The notes beneath the pieces were generated by a model, which searched no databases, was not told the DNA's origin, and saw nothing but the letters and a program-made list of their open reading frames with translations. A stretch of DNA of 64,000 nt from Cyanobacteriota bacterium (GTDB lineage Bacteria; Cyanobacteriota; Cyanobacteriia; PCC-6307; Cyanobiaceae). Location of the stretch: positions 128,001 through 192,000 of the forward strand of contig JBJOMY010000001.1 of NCBI GenBank assembly GCA_046052125.1, given 5' to 3'. How positions within the stretch are numbered: position 1 is the first letter of the stretch; each line of letters begins with the position of its first letter. Below, one piece after another: positions 31,921-41,253 of the stretch. A program made the position numbers and the translations under genes.

Positions 31921-32841
31921 TCAGGCGGAAGCCGCCTCCTCCAGGAAGCCTTCAATCCAGCGCTGATGGCGGCTAGTGGTGATCAACCCCGCCAGGGATG
32001 GCACGGCATCGGGCACCTGGAAGGCAGCGCGAAAGCCCTTCGAGAAGGCCTCGAGTTGAACAGGGGGCAGTGCCTTGATCTGCTCCTGTAGCCGGGTGAT
32101 GGCAACGGGCTGGAGAGGAGCATCGGCTATCCCAGAACTGGGATGGTTGGCTCCGTTGGCTACGGGTGCCGGGGTGGTGGCAGCAGCTGCGCTGCTCACC
32201 TGGCGTTGCTGCTTGTCGTAGAGCGCCAGGCCAAAGGGATTCCCGAAGGTCATCAGCGCCCGCTTGGTGGCATCGGTTTCGGCTTCCTTGAGCGCCGATT
32301 CATGGGCAAGGCCGAGATCGGCATCGATGCCATGGCCGGCGCCGGAGCCCTCACGGATCAGGGTGCGATTGCCGGCGGTGATCGTGATGCGCACGCGGGC
32401 GATGTAGGTCACGCCCCAGCCGCTTTTGCGATCACGGCCCGCGCCCTTGGCGCCGATCTGGCGCTCGTGTTCGGCCACGCAGCGGCTGATCAAGGTGGAG
32501 CGTTCCCAGCCGTCAAAACCAAAGATGCGGTTGGCTTCTGCAATCACCTGCCAGCCCTCGAGGTAGCTCACGCGGCTGCGGCCCTGTTCCCGTTGGCGCA
32601 CATTGGCGCGATCGAGGGGAGCAGAAAGAGCTGTGATCTGTCGGGCAGTGAATCCAGCTACGGAGCACAAGGCGCCGTCGTCGTTGGGCGTTGTTTGTGG
32701 AGGCGAAGGTGGAGCAGCGGCCTGCTCCTGGCTCAGGGTTTCCCTGAGCAGCTGAAGCGTGGAAGGTGGCCGATTGGATGCGCTGCGTCGAACCACCGGG
32801 GTGGCGTGATTGGTGGCTGTTGCTGTGGATGTGATGGCCAT
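31921..32841 (-). CDS. Rad52/Rad22-family single-strand annealing protein (Sak-like)
   Basis: SYLEGWQVIAEANRIFGFDGW, REGSGAG, KEAETDATKRALMTFGNPFGLALY. Confidence 0.92.
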   Translation of the reverse strand: MAITSTATATNHATPVVRRSASNRPPSTLQLLRETLSQEQAAAPPSPPQTTPNDDGALCSVAGFTARQITALSAPLDRANVRQREQGRSRVSYLEGWQVIAEANRIFGFDGWERSTLISRCVAEHERQIGAKGAGRDRKSGWGVTYIARVRITITAGNRTLIREGSGAGHGIDADLGLAHESALKEAETDATKRALMTFGNPFGLALYDKQQRQVSSAAAATTPAPVANGANHPSSGIADAPLQPVAITRLQEQIKALPPVQLEAFSKGFRAAFQVPDAVPSLAGLITTSRHQRWIEGFLEEAASA

Positions 32842-32924
32842 GGTGAGGAAAAAGAGTGTGTGTGGAGTGAGAAGGACGTGGGGCCCGCCACTGCAAAACC
32901 CCCTATCGAGGCCCCCTGTGGGGG

Positions 32925-33578
32925 CTAGGTGATTGACCAGTGGCGGCGTTTGATGAGGCGTGCACCGGGGACGGCGGTTGAGGAGAGGGAGAAGGCGAGG
33001 TGAGCGGCTTCTGCTTTGGGGAGGCCTGAGGTGGCGGTAGAGATCAAGGAGCGAATGCGGGCCTTGATGGAGGTTTTGTTGGGCGTGGTGGTCGTTTGGG
33101 TGGTCAGCAGATCTGGGGGGAGAAGATCGGGGTCATCGATCTCGATGGCTTCTGTGCTGCGGGAGGAGAGGTGGTGATCGGTGAGGTGATGGGACGTGGC
33201 GGATGGATCGAGGCGGGAGAGCAGGTGGATGAGGGTGGATTCGAGGGCGTCAGCGCGGTTGTCTTCTCGCTTGGCCAGGGCTGAGAAGCGCTTGGATTGC
33301 GAGGAGTGGTAATTGGCTTCTGCGCGGAGGCGCTCAATTACCCAGCAGGTGGCATCGGCCTTGCGGATGAAGGCCTCACGTTTGTTGTCTTCCAGGGCCA
33401 GAGATTCCTCGAGATCGGCGATGGCGAGGGCACGTTCGTCGTCGTCCTCGGTATCGAGGCGTTCGGAGAGGCAAGCAATCCAATGGGTTTCGGCCTGGAG
33501 ATCAGTGCCGAGCTCCCAGAGAGTGGGCAACTGCGGGGTGGAATCCGGGGCGGTGGTGACAGGAATGGCAACAGACAT
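32925..33578 (-). CDS. Siphovirus Gp157-like protein
   Basis: Coiled coil (KADATCWVIERLRAEA), IEIDDPDLLP, PNKTSIK, VPGARL...WSI. Confidence 0.75.
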   Translation of the reverse strand: MSVAIPVTTAPDSTPQLPTLWELGTDLQAETHWIACLSERLDTEDDDERALAIADLEESLALEDNKREAFIRKADATCWVIERLRAEANYHSSQSKRFSALAKREDNRADALESTLIHLLSRLDPSATSHHLTDHHLSSRSTEAIEIDDPDLLPPDLLTTQTTTTPNKTSIKARIRSLISTATSGLPKAEAAHLAFSLSSTAVPGARLIKRRHWSIT

Positions 33579-33647
33579 GGTTGTGCGGAGGATGAGTGGA
33601 TTGGAAGGTGGGGCCCCGGCGAGCGAGCAGAGCCCCATCGCAAGCGG

Positions 33648-34142
33648 CTACGCCGCTGCCGCTGCCGCGATCTCGATCACTTCGATCGGGATGGCTGAAC
33701 GCCGGCTGAGGCGGCGGGCCTGATCCACCAGGGAGGCGGTGCCGCGAGAACCGGGGAAGGCGACAACGAGCAGGCCAGCGCCCAGGGGGAGAGCAGCGGT
33801 GAGATCGAGGGAGCGCTCGAGCATCTGGCGATTGCGGATTGGGCCTGCGGCGCGGCCGTGCTGCTGCCAGGCCGCGGGGCAGGCGATCTGCGGCCAGCCG
33901 AGCTGATCGGCAGCTGAGGCAATGGCCTGATCAGCCCCGCGGGCGCCGCCATGGAAGAGCGATTGCACCAAGCGGCCATGGGAGGCGCTCAGCAAGTGGG
34001 CGGCGATCAGCTCGGAGGGCCAAGTGAGATCACGGCCACCACCGGCCACGATCACCAGCTGGCCACTGCCAGGGAGAAACAGCGAGCTGAATAAAGAAGC
34101 AGCAGGCGGCGCCAATGCGGCGGCCTGGGTGAGTGAAAGCAT
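33648..34142 (-). CDS. SLOG superfamily protein (DUF2493/YspA-like)
   Basis: VAGGGRD, HGGARGAD, AGPIRNRQML, AFPGSRGT. Confidence 0.88.
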   Translation of the reverse strand: MLSLTQAAALAPPAASLFSSLFLPGSGQLVIVAGGGRDLTWPSELIAAHLLSASHGRLVQSLFHGGARGADQAIASAADQLGWPQIACPAAWQQHGRAAGPIRNRQMLERSLDLTAALPLGAGLLVVAFPGSRGTASLVDQARRLSRRSAIPIEVIEIAAAAAA

Positions 34143-34227
34143 GGAAAGAAAAAAGAGCGCAGAAGGATTTCTTTCAAGGGCTCCGGCAACAGCGGAGGCC
34201 ATCCCTTGATCACCTCTTCATTGTATC

Positions 34228-34242
34228 AGTACGGACGTACTA
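34228..34242. promoter_or_regulatory. Putative LexA box abutting an extended -10 on the minus strand
   Basis: AGTAC-GGAC-GTACTA; minus strand reads TAGTACGTCCGTAC-TGATACAAT. Confidence 0.8.
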
Positions 34243-34460
34243 TGCCCAGGTGAGACGGCGCCATGGGCGCCCTCTTCTTGAATCTTTACGGCGCTAGTTC
34301 TGGGTGCCTGTGGTATCAGCAGTGCGGCAACTCTTCTAAGTGCCGAGCTTTCATTGAGTGCCCGTAACGCAGCTACCACAGCCGCTTCCAGGAGCTTGCG
34401 GCAGGCCCCAAAGCGCTGGGCCACCGCGGCCGCGGGAGGACGCTGTGCGTAACGAACCAA

Positions 34461-34594
34461 CGCCACACTTCCCGGCGGCGGCAAGGACACAAGAGATCAC
34501 GCGAGCGCCAGGGCCGGTGTCCGCGCAGCGGCTACACCGGCTCGCGAAGCCCTGGCGCCGTGTGACATCCTGAATTCCCTGCCGCCGGGTGGCG
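34461..34594. other. Long nested inverted repeat (rod-like hairpin)
   Basis: CGCCAC/GTGGCG, CCCGGCGGC/GCCGCCGGG, GCGCCAGGGC/GCCCTGGCGC, CGGTGT/ACACCG, CCGC-GCA-GCGG. Confidence 0.85.
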
Positions 34595-34699
34595 ACTTAA
34601 CCACAACGCATCGCCCGATCAACTCAGTCAGCAATCACCGACAGTGATCAGAACAAGACGGTCTGTGTGAGAAGGTCGCACTAACGGTGCTCTCCTGAC

Positions 34700-34903
34700 T
34701 TGCCTGCCCTTGTTGCTTCCGCCGCGTGGCCATTGCAGTTCTTTGCACTGTTTATCGTGCTCACGATCTATGGCGCCATGTGGAAAGGCGCTCAAGACCA
34801 AGGGCAACGCGGTTGGGTGGTTGCTCTGATCTGGGCCGTTGCTTTCCAGCTCGGGCTACAAGCCCTGAAAGAACTCAATCTCCTGCTCTATCACAGCCAC
34901 TAA
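34700..34903 (+). CDS. Small two-TM membrane protein
   Basis: Two hydrophobic segments. Confidence 0.5.
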   Translation: MPALVASAAWPLQFFALFIVLTIYGAMWKGAQDQGQRGWVVALIWAVAFQLGLQALKELNLLLYHSH

Positions 34904-35176
34904 GAGCAGAACGATTTGATTCCGGCAAAGATCATGAAGAAGCCTGTAGCCAGGCTGCTGCACTCCGCTGCAGATCAGCCACGGCGGTAAGGGCTTGATT
35001 GATACCACTCGCGACGAAGCACCGAGCTCAACTAGCAACGGGGCAATGAGTCTTGCCAAGACAGCCCTAAGACAGCGAGGCATGAGTGGTCGGTGAACCT
35101 CAAAAGAGTGATCAAGGAGGACTAGCGCACCCCCCCCCGGCGACTTAATAATTTCTTCTCCTTTTGCGAGTGTCCC

Positions 35177-35371
35177 TTGAACAGCACTCCCTCGTTCCCT
35201 GCAGACCGGCAGAGCGCAACGCCAAGGCCATGCACACGGCGCCCGCAACGCATCACGATCACTGTCCCCTGGCAGCTGTACCAACGCCTTGTGGAGATCA
35301 GTGATCAGCAGGGCCGCTCCCTCTCGAATCTCGCCTGCTACTGGCTGGAGCGGCAGTCAGGGAATAGCTGA
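35177..35371 (+). CDS. Small ribbon-helix-helix-like DNA-binding protein
   Basis: QRITITVP...SDQQGRSLSNLACYWLE. Confidence 0.7.
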   Translation: MNSTPSFPADRQSATPRPCTRRPQRITITVPWQLYQRLVEISDQQGRSLSNLACYWLERQSGNS

Positions 35372-35742
35372 TTCGACAGAAGCAGCCAGAAGCGAAGCGT
35401 TGAGCAAGGCCGATTTCTTTGCTCAACGCTCGCTTACTGGAGGCAACGCAGATCGTTCAGAAGTGTCCGCATGAGCGCCTATGGCTGCCTGGCCCCACTC
35501 CAACAACTGCCATGCAATCACTGAACATGAAAAAGCAGGGCTGCCGGCCCTGCCTGATCTCCCATGGAGCCATGACCCTCGATCACAGGCTATCGAGATC
35601 TTGTGCATCGAACATCCAGACGAACATGTCCTGTAAGAATCTTCAGGCCAGGTGTCGGATGATGACGCAAAACTGAAGAAACGTCCCGCATCCAAAAGCA
35701 ATCTAGATTCCGCATCAGACTGAAGCCAGAGAGGAGCATCCA

Positions 35743-36255
35743 ATGCTTCACTTGGCTCATCACCTCCATCCACTCGAGACCTTCGACGAACATCGGATTG
35801 TTCTCAGTGTCATCCATTACTTCTCTGAACACTTCTCCGCACCAATCACGATCCCTTCCCTGAGCGGGCAGTTGGGGATTTCGTTACTGCATATCGAGAC
35901 CGCCTTTGATCTCTACAAAGGCACGACCGCCAACGAAGCTCTTCTGGAATACCGCCTCAATCGCTTATGTGATGTGATGTCTAGGGATCCATCACGGGAG
36001 ATCGGCAAGCAGATCAACGAGTGTGGCCTGGCATTTGGCTCCGCTCCCGCCCGGATAGCGTTTTGCCGTACCAACCAGCAATTCATTGATCACTTTGGGA
36101 TCGACCTTGTCGAGTATCACCAGCAATGCTTCCTGGCAGAAGCTGCTCGCTTGAGCAGGCAGTCAGTGCCAGGGGATGAGGCACTGAACTCAGAAGTCTT
36201 TGGAGACGATCCCCGCAGGAATGTGCATCCCACTCGATTTCACAGGCAACACTGA
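35743..36255 (+). CDS. AraC-type HTH protein
   Basis: YFSEHFSAPITIPSLSGQLGIS...EYRLNR; paralog of 51031-51480. Confidence 0.65.
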   Translation: MLHLAHHLHPLETFDEHRIVLSVIHYFSEHFSAPITIPSLSGQLGISLLHIETAFDLYKGTTANEALLEYRLNRLCDVMSRDPSREIGKQINECGLAFGSAPARIAFCRTNQQFIDHFGIDLVEYHQQCFLAEAARLSRQSVPGDEALNSEVFGDDPRRNVHPTRFHRQH

Positions 36256-36592
36256 ACGGCGTACAGCCCCAAGACAACCTCCAGCAGTTCATCGGGCACT
36301 ACCGCCACGCGCTGCAACTCAGGCACTCAGCTGCGCCCCTCCGCGATGGCGTGCTCAGGGTCCATCGCCCGCACGGGCTGAATTCTGCAGCGCTCCTGAT
36401 CGCAGAAGAACATGGAAAACGCTGCCATGCCTGGGCTCTAGAGGAGAAATGGGGTGGGCTGCGGTGTGAGGAGTGCAGCCCAGTGCATCGCTGTGATGAC
36501 GGCCAGGGGGTGATGACCTCTCCTGACGCGTGAAGCGAGCACCGCTCGGTCATGGCCCAGGTGGCGGGTCAAGCGCAAGAGCGATCAGAGCA

Positions 36593-38263
36593 TCAGTGCT
36601 GCTCAATCGGGCTGATCGGCTCGAGCACCTCCAACAGCGCCTGCAATTCCGCCTGAGGATCACGCTGCAAAAGCGCGACCACATCCGGTCCGGGCTCTAC
36701 GGCTTGTGCGATGGCCCCGCCCACAGGTCCCGGTAGTTCCCCCACCAGCTGCAACGCCATCGAGGCAATGGAGCCATCCACGGCCATCAGCGCCAGGCTG
36801 CTCAGCCACTCCAACGCCAAACGGCACGCGGGATCCTGCAGGGCGAGGCAGCCGAGCAGGTCACGGCACTCGGGTGCATGAATGAACAACCGCAGGGCAC
36901 GGCGCTCGGCCCGTTGCTGAGCGCTCGCATCACTCGGCACAAACACATCTGCGGCCGTGATGCATTGACGCTCAGCTGGTGTTCCGGGCTTGCCCTGCAA
37001 GGCCTGCTCCAGCCGTTGTTCTGCTGAGCGCCGCAACACGCCTTCAGGCAGCTGCTCGAGCAAGGCATAACCCTCGAGCTCCACCGCTTGCAAGGTCTCG
37101 AGCGCGGGCGAACCGGCAGTGATCAGGAGCGGAGCTACTAGACGCTCCAACCGCCATTCCAGCCAATGCCGAGCTGAGGTGATCAAACCCTCCACAGCCG
37201 TTGGCCCCTGAGCCCGGAGCAAGCCGTCGGCGTCCTGGCCCTCTGGCAACTGCACCACCGAGGCACTCAACCCACCGGCCACCAGCTGTGGCTGCAACTG
37301 TTCAAGCAGCTTCTCCGTAGCGGCCTGCCCCGCGCCATCGCCGTCGAGGGCAATCAACAGGTGCTTCATCCCATGGCGCCTGAGGAGCTGGAGCTGCAGT
37401 TCCGACACGCTCGTGCCCAGGCAGGCCACCGCATGGGTGAAACCAGCCTGGTGAAGCTGGATCACATCCAGCGGGCCTTCCACCAGCAACGCTGTGCCTT
37501 GCTTGCGGATCGCCTCTGCGGCTTGATCCAGGCCAAACACCAACCCATTGCGTTGGAACAGCAGGTCTCCTGAGCTGTTGCGGTATTTGGGTACCTGGTT
37601 GCCCATAGCCCGGCCGCAAAAGCCCACGGTCTGGCCGGATGGATCGTTCAGTGGGATCGTCAGCCGGCCGCCGGCAAATCCCAGTTGCCACGTGCGCGCC
37701 GTCTCTGGGCTGATGCCACGGGTCTGGAGGTAATCCGCTCCCTCGCCGCCTTGCTCCAGTTCCTGCATCAGAGCCTGATGAAACTGCTGACGCTGCTCCG
37801 TGCGCTGCGCCATCAACTGGCGTCGTTCGCGCCACTCCTGCTCAAAGCGCGCCTGCGCCTCGGGATCACCCTCCGCCACGCTCACGCCGGTGCGGCGCGC
37901 CAGCTCGAGCACCGCTTCTTGAAAGCTCAGGCCCTGCCGGTCCTGCAGCCAGCCGATGGCGTCGGTGCCCTTTCCGCACACAAAGCAATGCACGCGGTTA
38001 CGCATTGGGCTGACGGATAGCGACGGATGGCGATCGTCATGCCAGGGGCAACGGGCCACAAACTCCCGCCCCGCCTTTTTGAGCTCCGAGGGCCCAAAGA
38101 GATCCGTGATCTGGGCCCGCTCGCGCACGCTCTCGAGCACCGCCGGCGTGAGCAGCCCAGCCGGGCGCCCCGAAGGGTGCCCACTGGGTGTGCGGTGGGT
38201 CGCGCCAGCAAACACCCGATGAAAAGCGGCCGTGCCGCTGGCTTTGCCGTTGCTCATAGGCAC
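36593..38263 (-). CDS. DnaG-like primase
   Basis: CHC2 zinc finger CPWH...HCFVC, KYRNS, Toprim VEGPLD and DGDGAG. Confidence 0.93.
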   Translation of the reverse strand: MPMSNGKASGTAAFHRVFAGATHRTPSGHPSGRPAGLLTPAVLESVRERAQITDLFGPSELKKAGREFVARCPWHDDRHPSLSVSPMRNRVHCFVCGKGTDAIGWLQDRQGLSFQEAVLELARRTGVSVAEGDPEAQARFEQEWRERRQLMAQRTEQRQQFHQALMQELEQGGEGADYLQTRGISPETARTWQLGFAGGRLTIPLNDPSGQTVGFCGRAMGNQVPKYRNSSGDLLFQRNGLVFGLDQAAEAIRKQGTALLVEGPLDVIQLHQAGFTHAVACLGTSVSELQLQLLRRHGMKHLLIALDGDGAGQAATEKLLEQLQPQLVAGGLSASVVQLPEGQDADGLLRAQGPTAVEGLITSARHWLEWRLERLVAPLLITAGSPALETLQAVELEGYALLEQLPEGVLRRSAEQRLEQALQGKPGTPAERQCITAADVFVPSDASAQQRAERRALRLFIHAPECRDLLGCLALQDPACRLALEWLSSLALMAVDGSIASMALQLVGELPGPVGGAIAQAVEPGPDVVALLQRDPQAELQALLEVLEPISPIEQH

Positions 38264-39954
38264 TCCACCCCCGGATAGAGATCGCTGCCGATGAACAACT
38301 TGCGGGCGTTATCGGCCTCCAAGTAGCAGTGGCCGCGGTCCATGCGGATCATGGTCTTGCTGAAGTCGTTCTCGCCGGTGGTCTGGCCGTGACGACATTT
38401 GCCGTGGTGCACCTCCAACACGCCGGGTTGGGGTTGGCTGAATTCATCCACCTTGGGCCTATCGATCAGCCACACCGCTGAGGCATAACGCTCGAGCTCA
38501 GAGGTCCCCGCCAGGTGGGAGACATCCGGGCCGGTGGGATTGCCGTAGGCACCGCGGTTGAGCTGCGCGATGACGAACACGTCGAGTTCACAGCAGCCGG
38601 CGATGGCTTTGATGGCTGTGGCCCGGGCGGCCAGCTCTGCGGTGGTGTTACTCCCGAAACCCGCGGTGGGCCCCATGGCGTGGAAGTGATCCAGAAACAC
38701 CGCCGAGAGGTTGGGGTTGGCGCTCTTGCAGTCCTCCACCATCGCCGCCAGCTCTTCCACCGTGGCGGCGAATTGGCTCTCGTAGAGCACCTTGCCCATG
38801 CGCTCGCCATTGGGGGCAATGCCGGCGGAGAACTGCGCCTCAAGCTGCTGGAGACGCTCCAGATCACGGCCCTCGATCACCTCACCACGGCCCTCCAGTT
38901 CGTTAGCGGAGTAACGGGATGAGAACACCCCACTGGCCTTGCGGCAGTAATTAGCGAGCAGCCGTGCACCGATCGCTCGGCGGCTCAATTCGCACGACAG
39001 CACAAGCACCGAGGCGCCGTTAAAGGCCAGGCCCATCGCCGCTGCAATGCCCACGGTGGTTTTGCCCACACCCGATCGAGCGGCCAACACCCAGGTGCTG
39101 TCGCCAGTCCCAGGGATCACGCCACCGCGCATGTCGATATCCAGCGAGGGAATCCCCGTTGAGATCGGCTTGGGGCGTTGGTCGGCGGGCAGAGAAGCCA
39201 GCGCGAGGCATTCGCGGCCGGCATCGCTCGCCGTGCACACCTGGAAGCTCCGGCGGTGTCGGCCGGCCGTGATCGCCGTGGCCTCGTTCAACAGTTGGCG
39301 GCAGCTCTCGAGTTCGCCATCGATGCCGCAGTCGATCTGCTCGCGCGCCAGGAGCTTGCGCAGCCCTGGATAGAACAGCGCCCTGGCCTTGGCGCTCTGA
39401 AAAAGACGGCAGGCGATTTTGAAGTCCAGCTCCGGGTGGATCAGCCCGTCATCTCCCCAGGCGATCACCTCAGACAGCGCCTCCTCCATCTGGAGAAGTG
39501 AGCCGCGGAAGCGTCCCTCAAAGGCACGCTGGCGCAGATCCTCACGGATGGCGTTGGCGTTGAGCACATCAATGTCACGCCGGCCGCGGAACAACTCATC
39601 GATTTCCAACGCGAGAGCGCGCAGGCCCGGCTGGGTCCAGATCGAGCCCGGCACCACCTCGTCGAAGCGCAGGCCGATGGCGCGGCGGAATGTTCCCCAG
39701 CGTTCGCGTTGATCGTCGGTGCCCACCAGGACGGCAGCCAGGAGGTTCTTCTCGTGCTCGGCGAGTGAGTGATCAGCAGGCACCGTTGGCACCTCAGCCG
39801 CCATCAGTCCTGCTGCGGTCTCGATGAACAGCCCCTGATCGATCATCCGCTGGATCAGCGCCGGGTCAAACGCGCCGGGGATGGTGGTCTTGAGCTCCTC
39901 GTTGCCGGGGTCGTTGTTGCCGGCACCGGTATTGGCGTTGGGGTTGGTGGTCAT
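38254..39954 (-). CDS. DnaB-like replicative helicase
   Basis: AARSGVGKT Walker A, VFLDH Walker B, AQLNR, KCRHG. Confidence 0.9.
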   Translation of the reverse strand: MTTNPNANTGAGNNDPGNEELKTTIPGAFDPALIQRMIDQGLFIETAAGLMAAEVPTVPADHSLAEHEKNLLAAVLVGTDDQRERWGTFRRAIGLRFDEVVPGSIWTQPGLRALALEIDELFRGRRDIDVLNANAIREDLRQRAFEGRFRGSLLQMEEALSEVIAWGDDGLIHPELDFKIACRLFQSAKARALFYPGLRKLLAREQIDCGIDGELESCRQLLNEATAITAGRHRRSFQVCTASDAGRECLALASLPADQRPKPISTGIPSLDIDMRGGVIPGTGDSTWVLAARSGVGKTTVGIAAAMGLAFNGASVLVLSCELSRRAIGARLLANYCRKASGVFSSRYSANELEGRGEVIEGRDLERLQQLEAQFSAGIAPNGERMGKVLYESQFAATVEELAAMVEDCKSANPNLSAVFLDHFHAMGPTAGFGSNTTAELAARATAIKAIAGCCELDVFVIAQLNRGAYGNPTGPDVSHLAGTSELERYASAVWLIDRPKVDEFSQPQPGVLEVHHGKCRHGQTTGENDFSKTMIRMDRGHCYLEADNARKLFIGSDLYPGVECL

Positions 39955-39989
39955 GGCCTGAACAGCGATGGGACGTGTGGGCCCTGGAT

Positions 39990-41057
39990 TCAGCGCCTGG
40001 CCTCCTGGGCGAACTGCTCAGCGGCGCGGCCTGGCTCGCCGAGTCCGGCGGCTTCCAGAAGTTCCGCCAGCCGTTGCTTCTCAGATGTGGGGAGGTCAAA
40101 GGCCTCCATGCCCTGACAACGCCAGGCGTGATCCCCCCAGACCAGGAGCTTGCGAGCGCGAACAAAGTCCGGGTGGTGGATGGCAGCCAGGTGGCCGCTG
40201 CCCACGTTTGGAGTGTTCCCCCCGATGCCGCCGTTGAGCCGCCCGGTGTATGGCGCCGTTGCAACAGACGTCTGGCTCTGGCTGCCCCAACAGAAGACAT
40301 GCCAGAACTCCGCCCCCAGGCCCGCGGCTTTGCGATCAGCGCTCAGCAGTGCCATGGCGCAATCAGCGCCGCTGCGGCCCTGGGGATACTTGTCGCGCCA
40401 GAACTCAGGCATCGAGCGCAGTGCCTGGATCAACACCGACCAGAACGACTCAGCGCTACCGGCGTGGCGGATCGCGTTGTTTAACCGCCCTGCGAGGGCC
40501 GTACCCGTGGGCTTGTAGCCAGGCCAGCTCTGCGGTTTGTGCTGGTTGTAGGTGGCAGTGAACTGGGCAATCAATGGGCTCTGCACCGGCGCACGCTTGG
40601 GCTCTGCTGAGGGTTCCGACACCACCTCGGCAATCGCTCGCGGCTGGACAACGGCGTTGGCTGGCTCGAGGGACCTGCTCGGGATTGGCTCAACAGAGCT
40701 GTCATCCACGGCCTCGAGATCAGCGCGCTCATGGCTTGGCTCCAGGCGCTCACCCGGTTCATTCAGGCGAATGGAGAGCCCCAGCGGGCCACTCGTGTAG
40801 CTCAACCAACCGATGGCTTCTAGATCCTGCAGATCAGCCCTGAGTTCACGGGTTTGCACATGCCAGGCATTGGCCAGATCACGGCAACTCAGCTGGATGG
40901 TGTGTCCATCACGGGCCCGACATTGCAGATGCCCGTAGAGCGTGGCCACCCGCAAAGCACGGCTTGCACGGCCTGAACCCTTACGCCCCTGATCGAGTTT
41001 CTGCAGGGCTTGATGGGTGAGCTCAATGGCCTCAGTGCGTACGGCGTAAAAGCGCAT
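39990..41057 (-). CDS. Putative replication initiator (N-terminal winged-helix-like domain)
   Basis: LSCRDLANAWHVQTRELRADLQDLEAIGWL HTH-like segment; first gene of the helicase-primase operon; adjacent to iterons. Confidence 0.6.
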   Translation of the reverse strand: MRFYAVRTEAIELTHQALQKLDQGRKGSGRASRALRVATLYGHLQCRARDGHTIQLSCRDLANAWHVQTRELRADLQDLEAIGWLSYTSGPLGLSIRLNEPGERLEPSHERADLEAVDDSSVEPIPSRSLEPANAVVQPRAIAEVVSEPSAEPKRAPVQSPLIAQFTATYNQHKPQSWPGYKPTGTALAGRLNNAIRHAGSAESFWSVLIQALRSMPEFWRDKYPQGRSGADCAMALLSADRKAAGLGAEFWHVFCWGSQSQTSVATAPYTGRLNGGIGGNTPNVGSGHLAAIHHPDFVRARKLLVWGDHAWRCQGMEAFDLPTSEKQRLAELLEAAGLGEPGRAAEQFAQEARR

Positions 41058-41253
41058 GGGCGATGCAGTTCGACTGCGCTCGGTGGTGATTAGAGGCTAT
41101 GGACCCTGCCCCTGACACCAGTGCTGGCCTTGGTTTGCTCCGCTCAGCTGCTCAATTGCTTGCCTTCTCCCATCCATCCACACCCCAGAGGGCCTGGCTT
41201 TGGCTGTTGTTTTTGGTGTTCTTCTCTAAGACTTTTTAGAGATATAGATGGTG

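Noticed and set aside
41170..41180. DnaA box near the putative origin
   Set aside because: CCATCCACA has two mismatches to TTATCCACA and is single.
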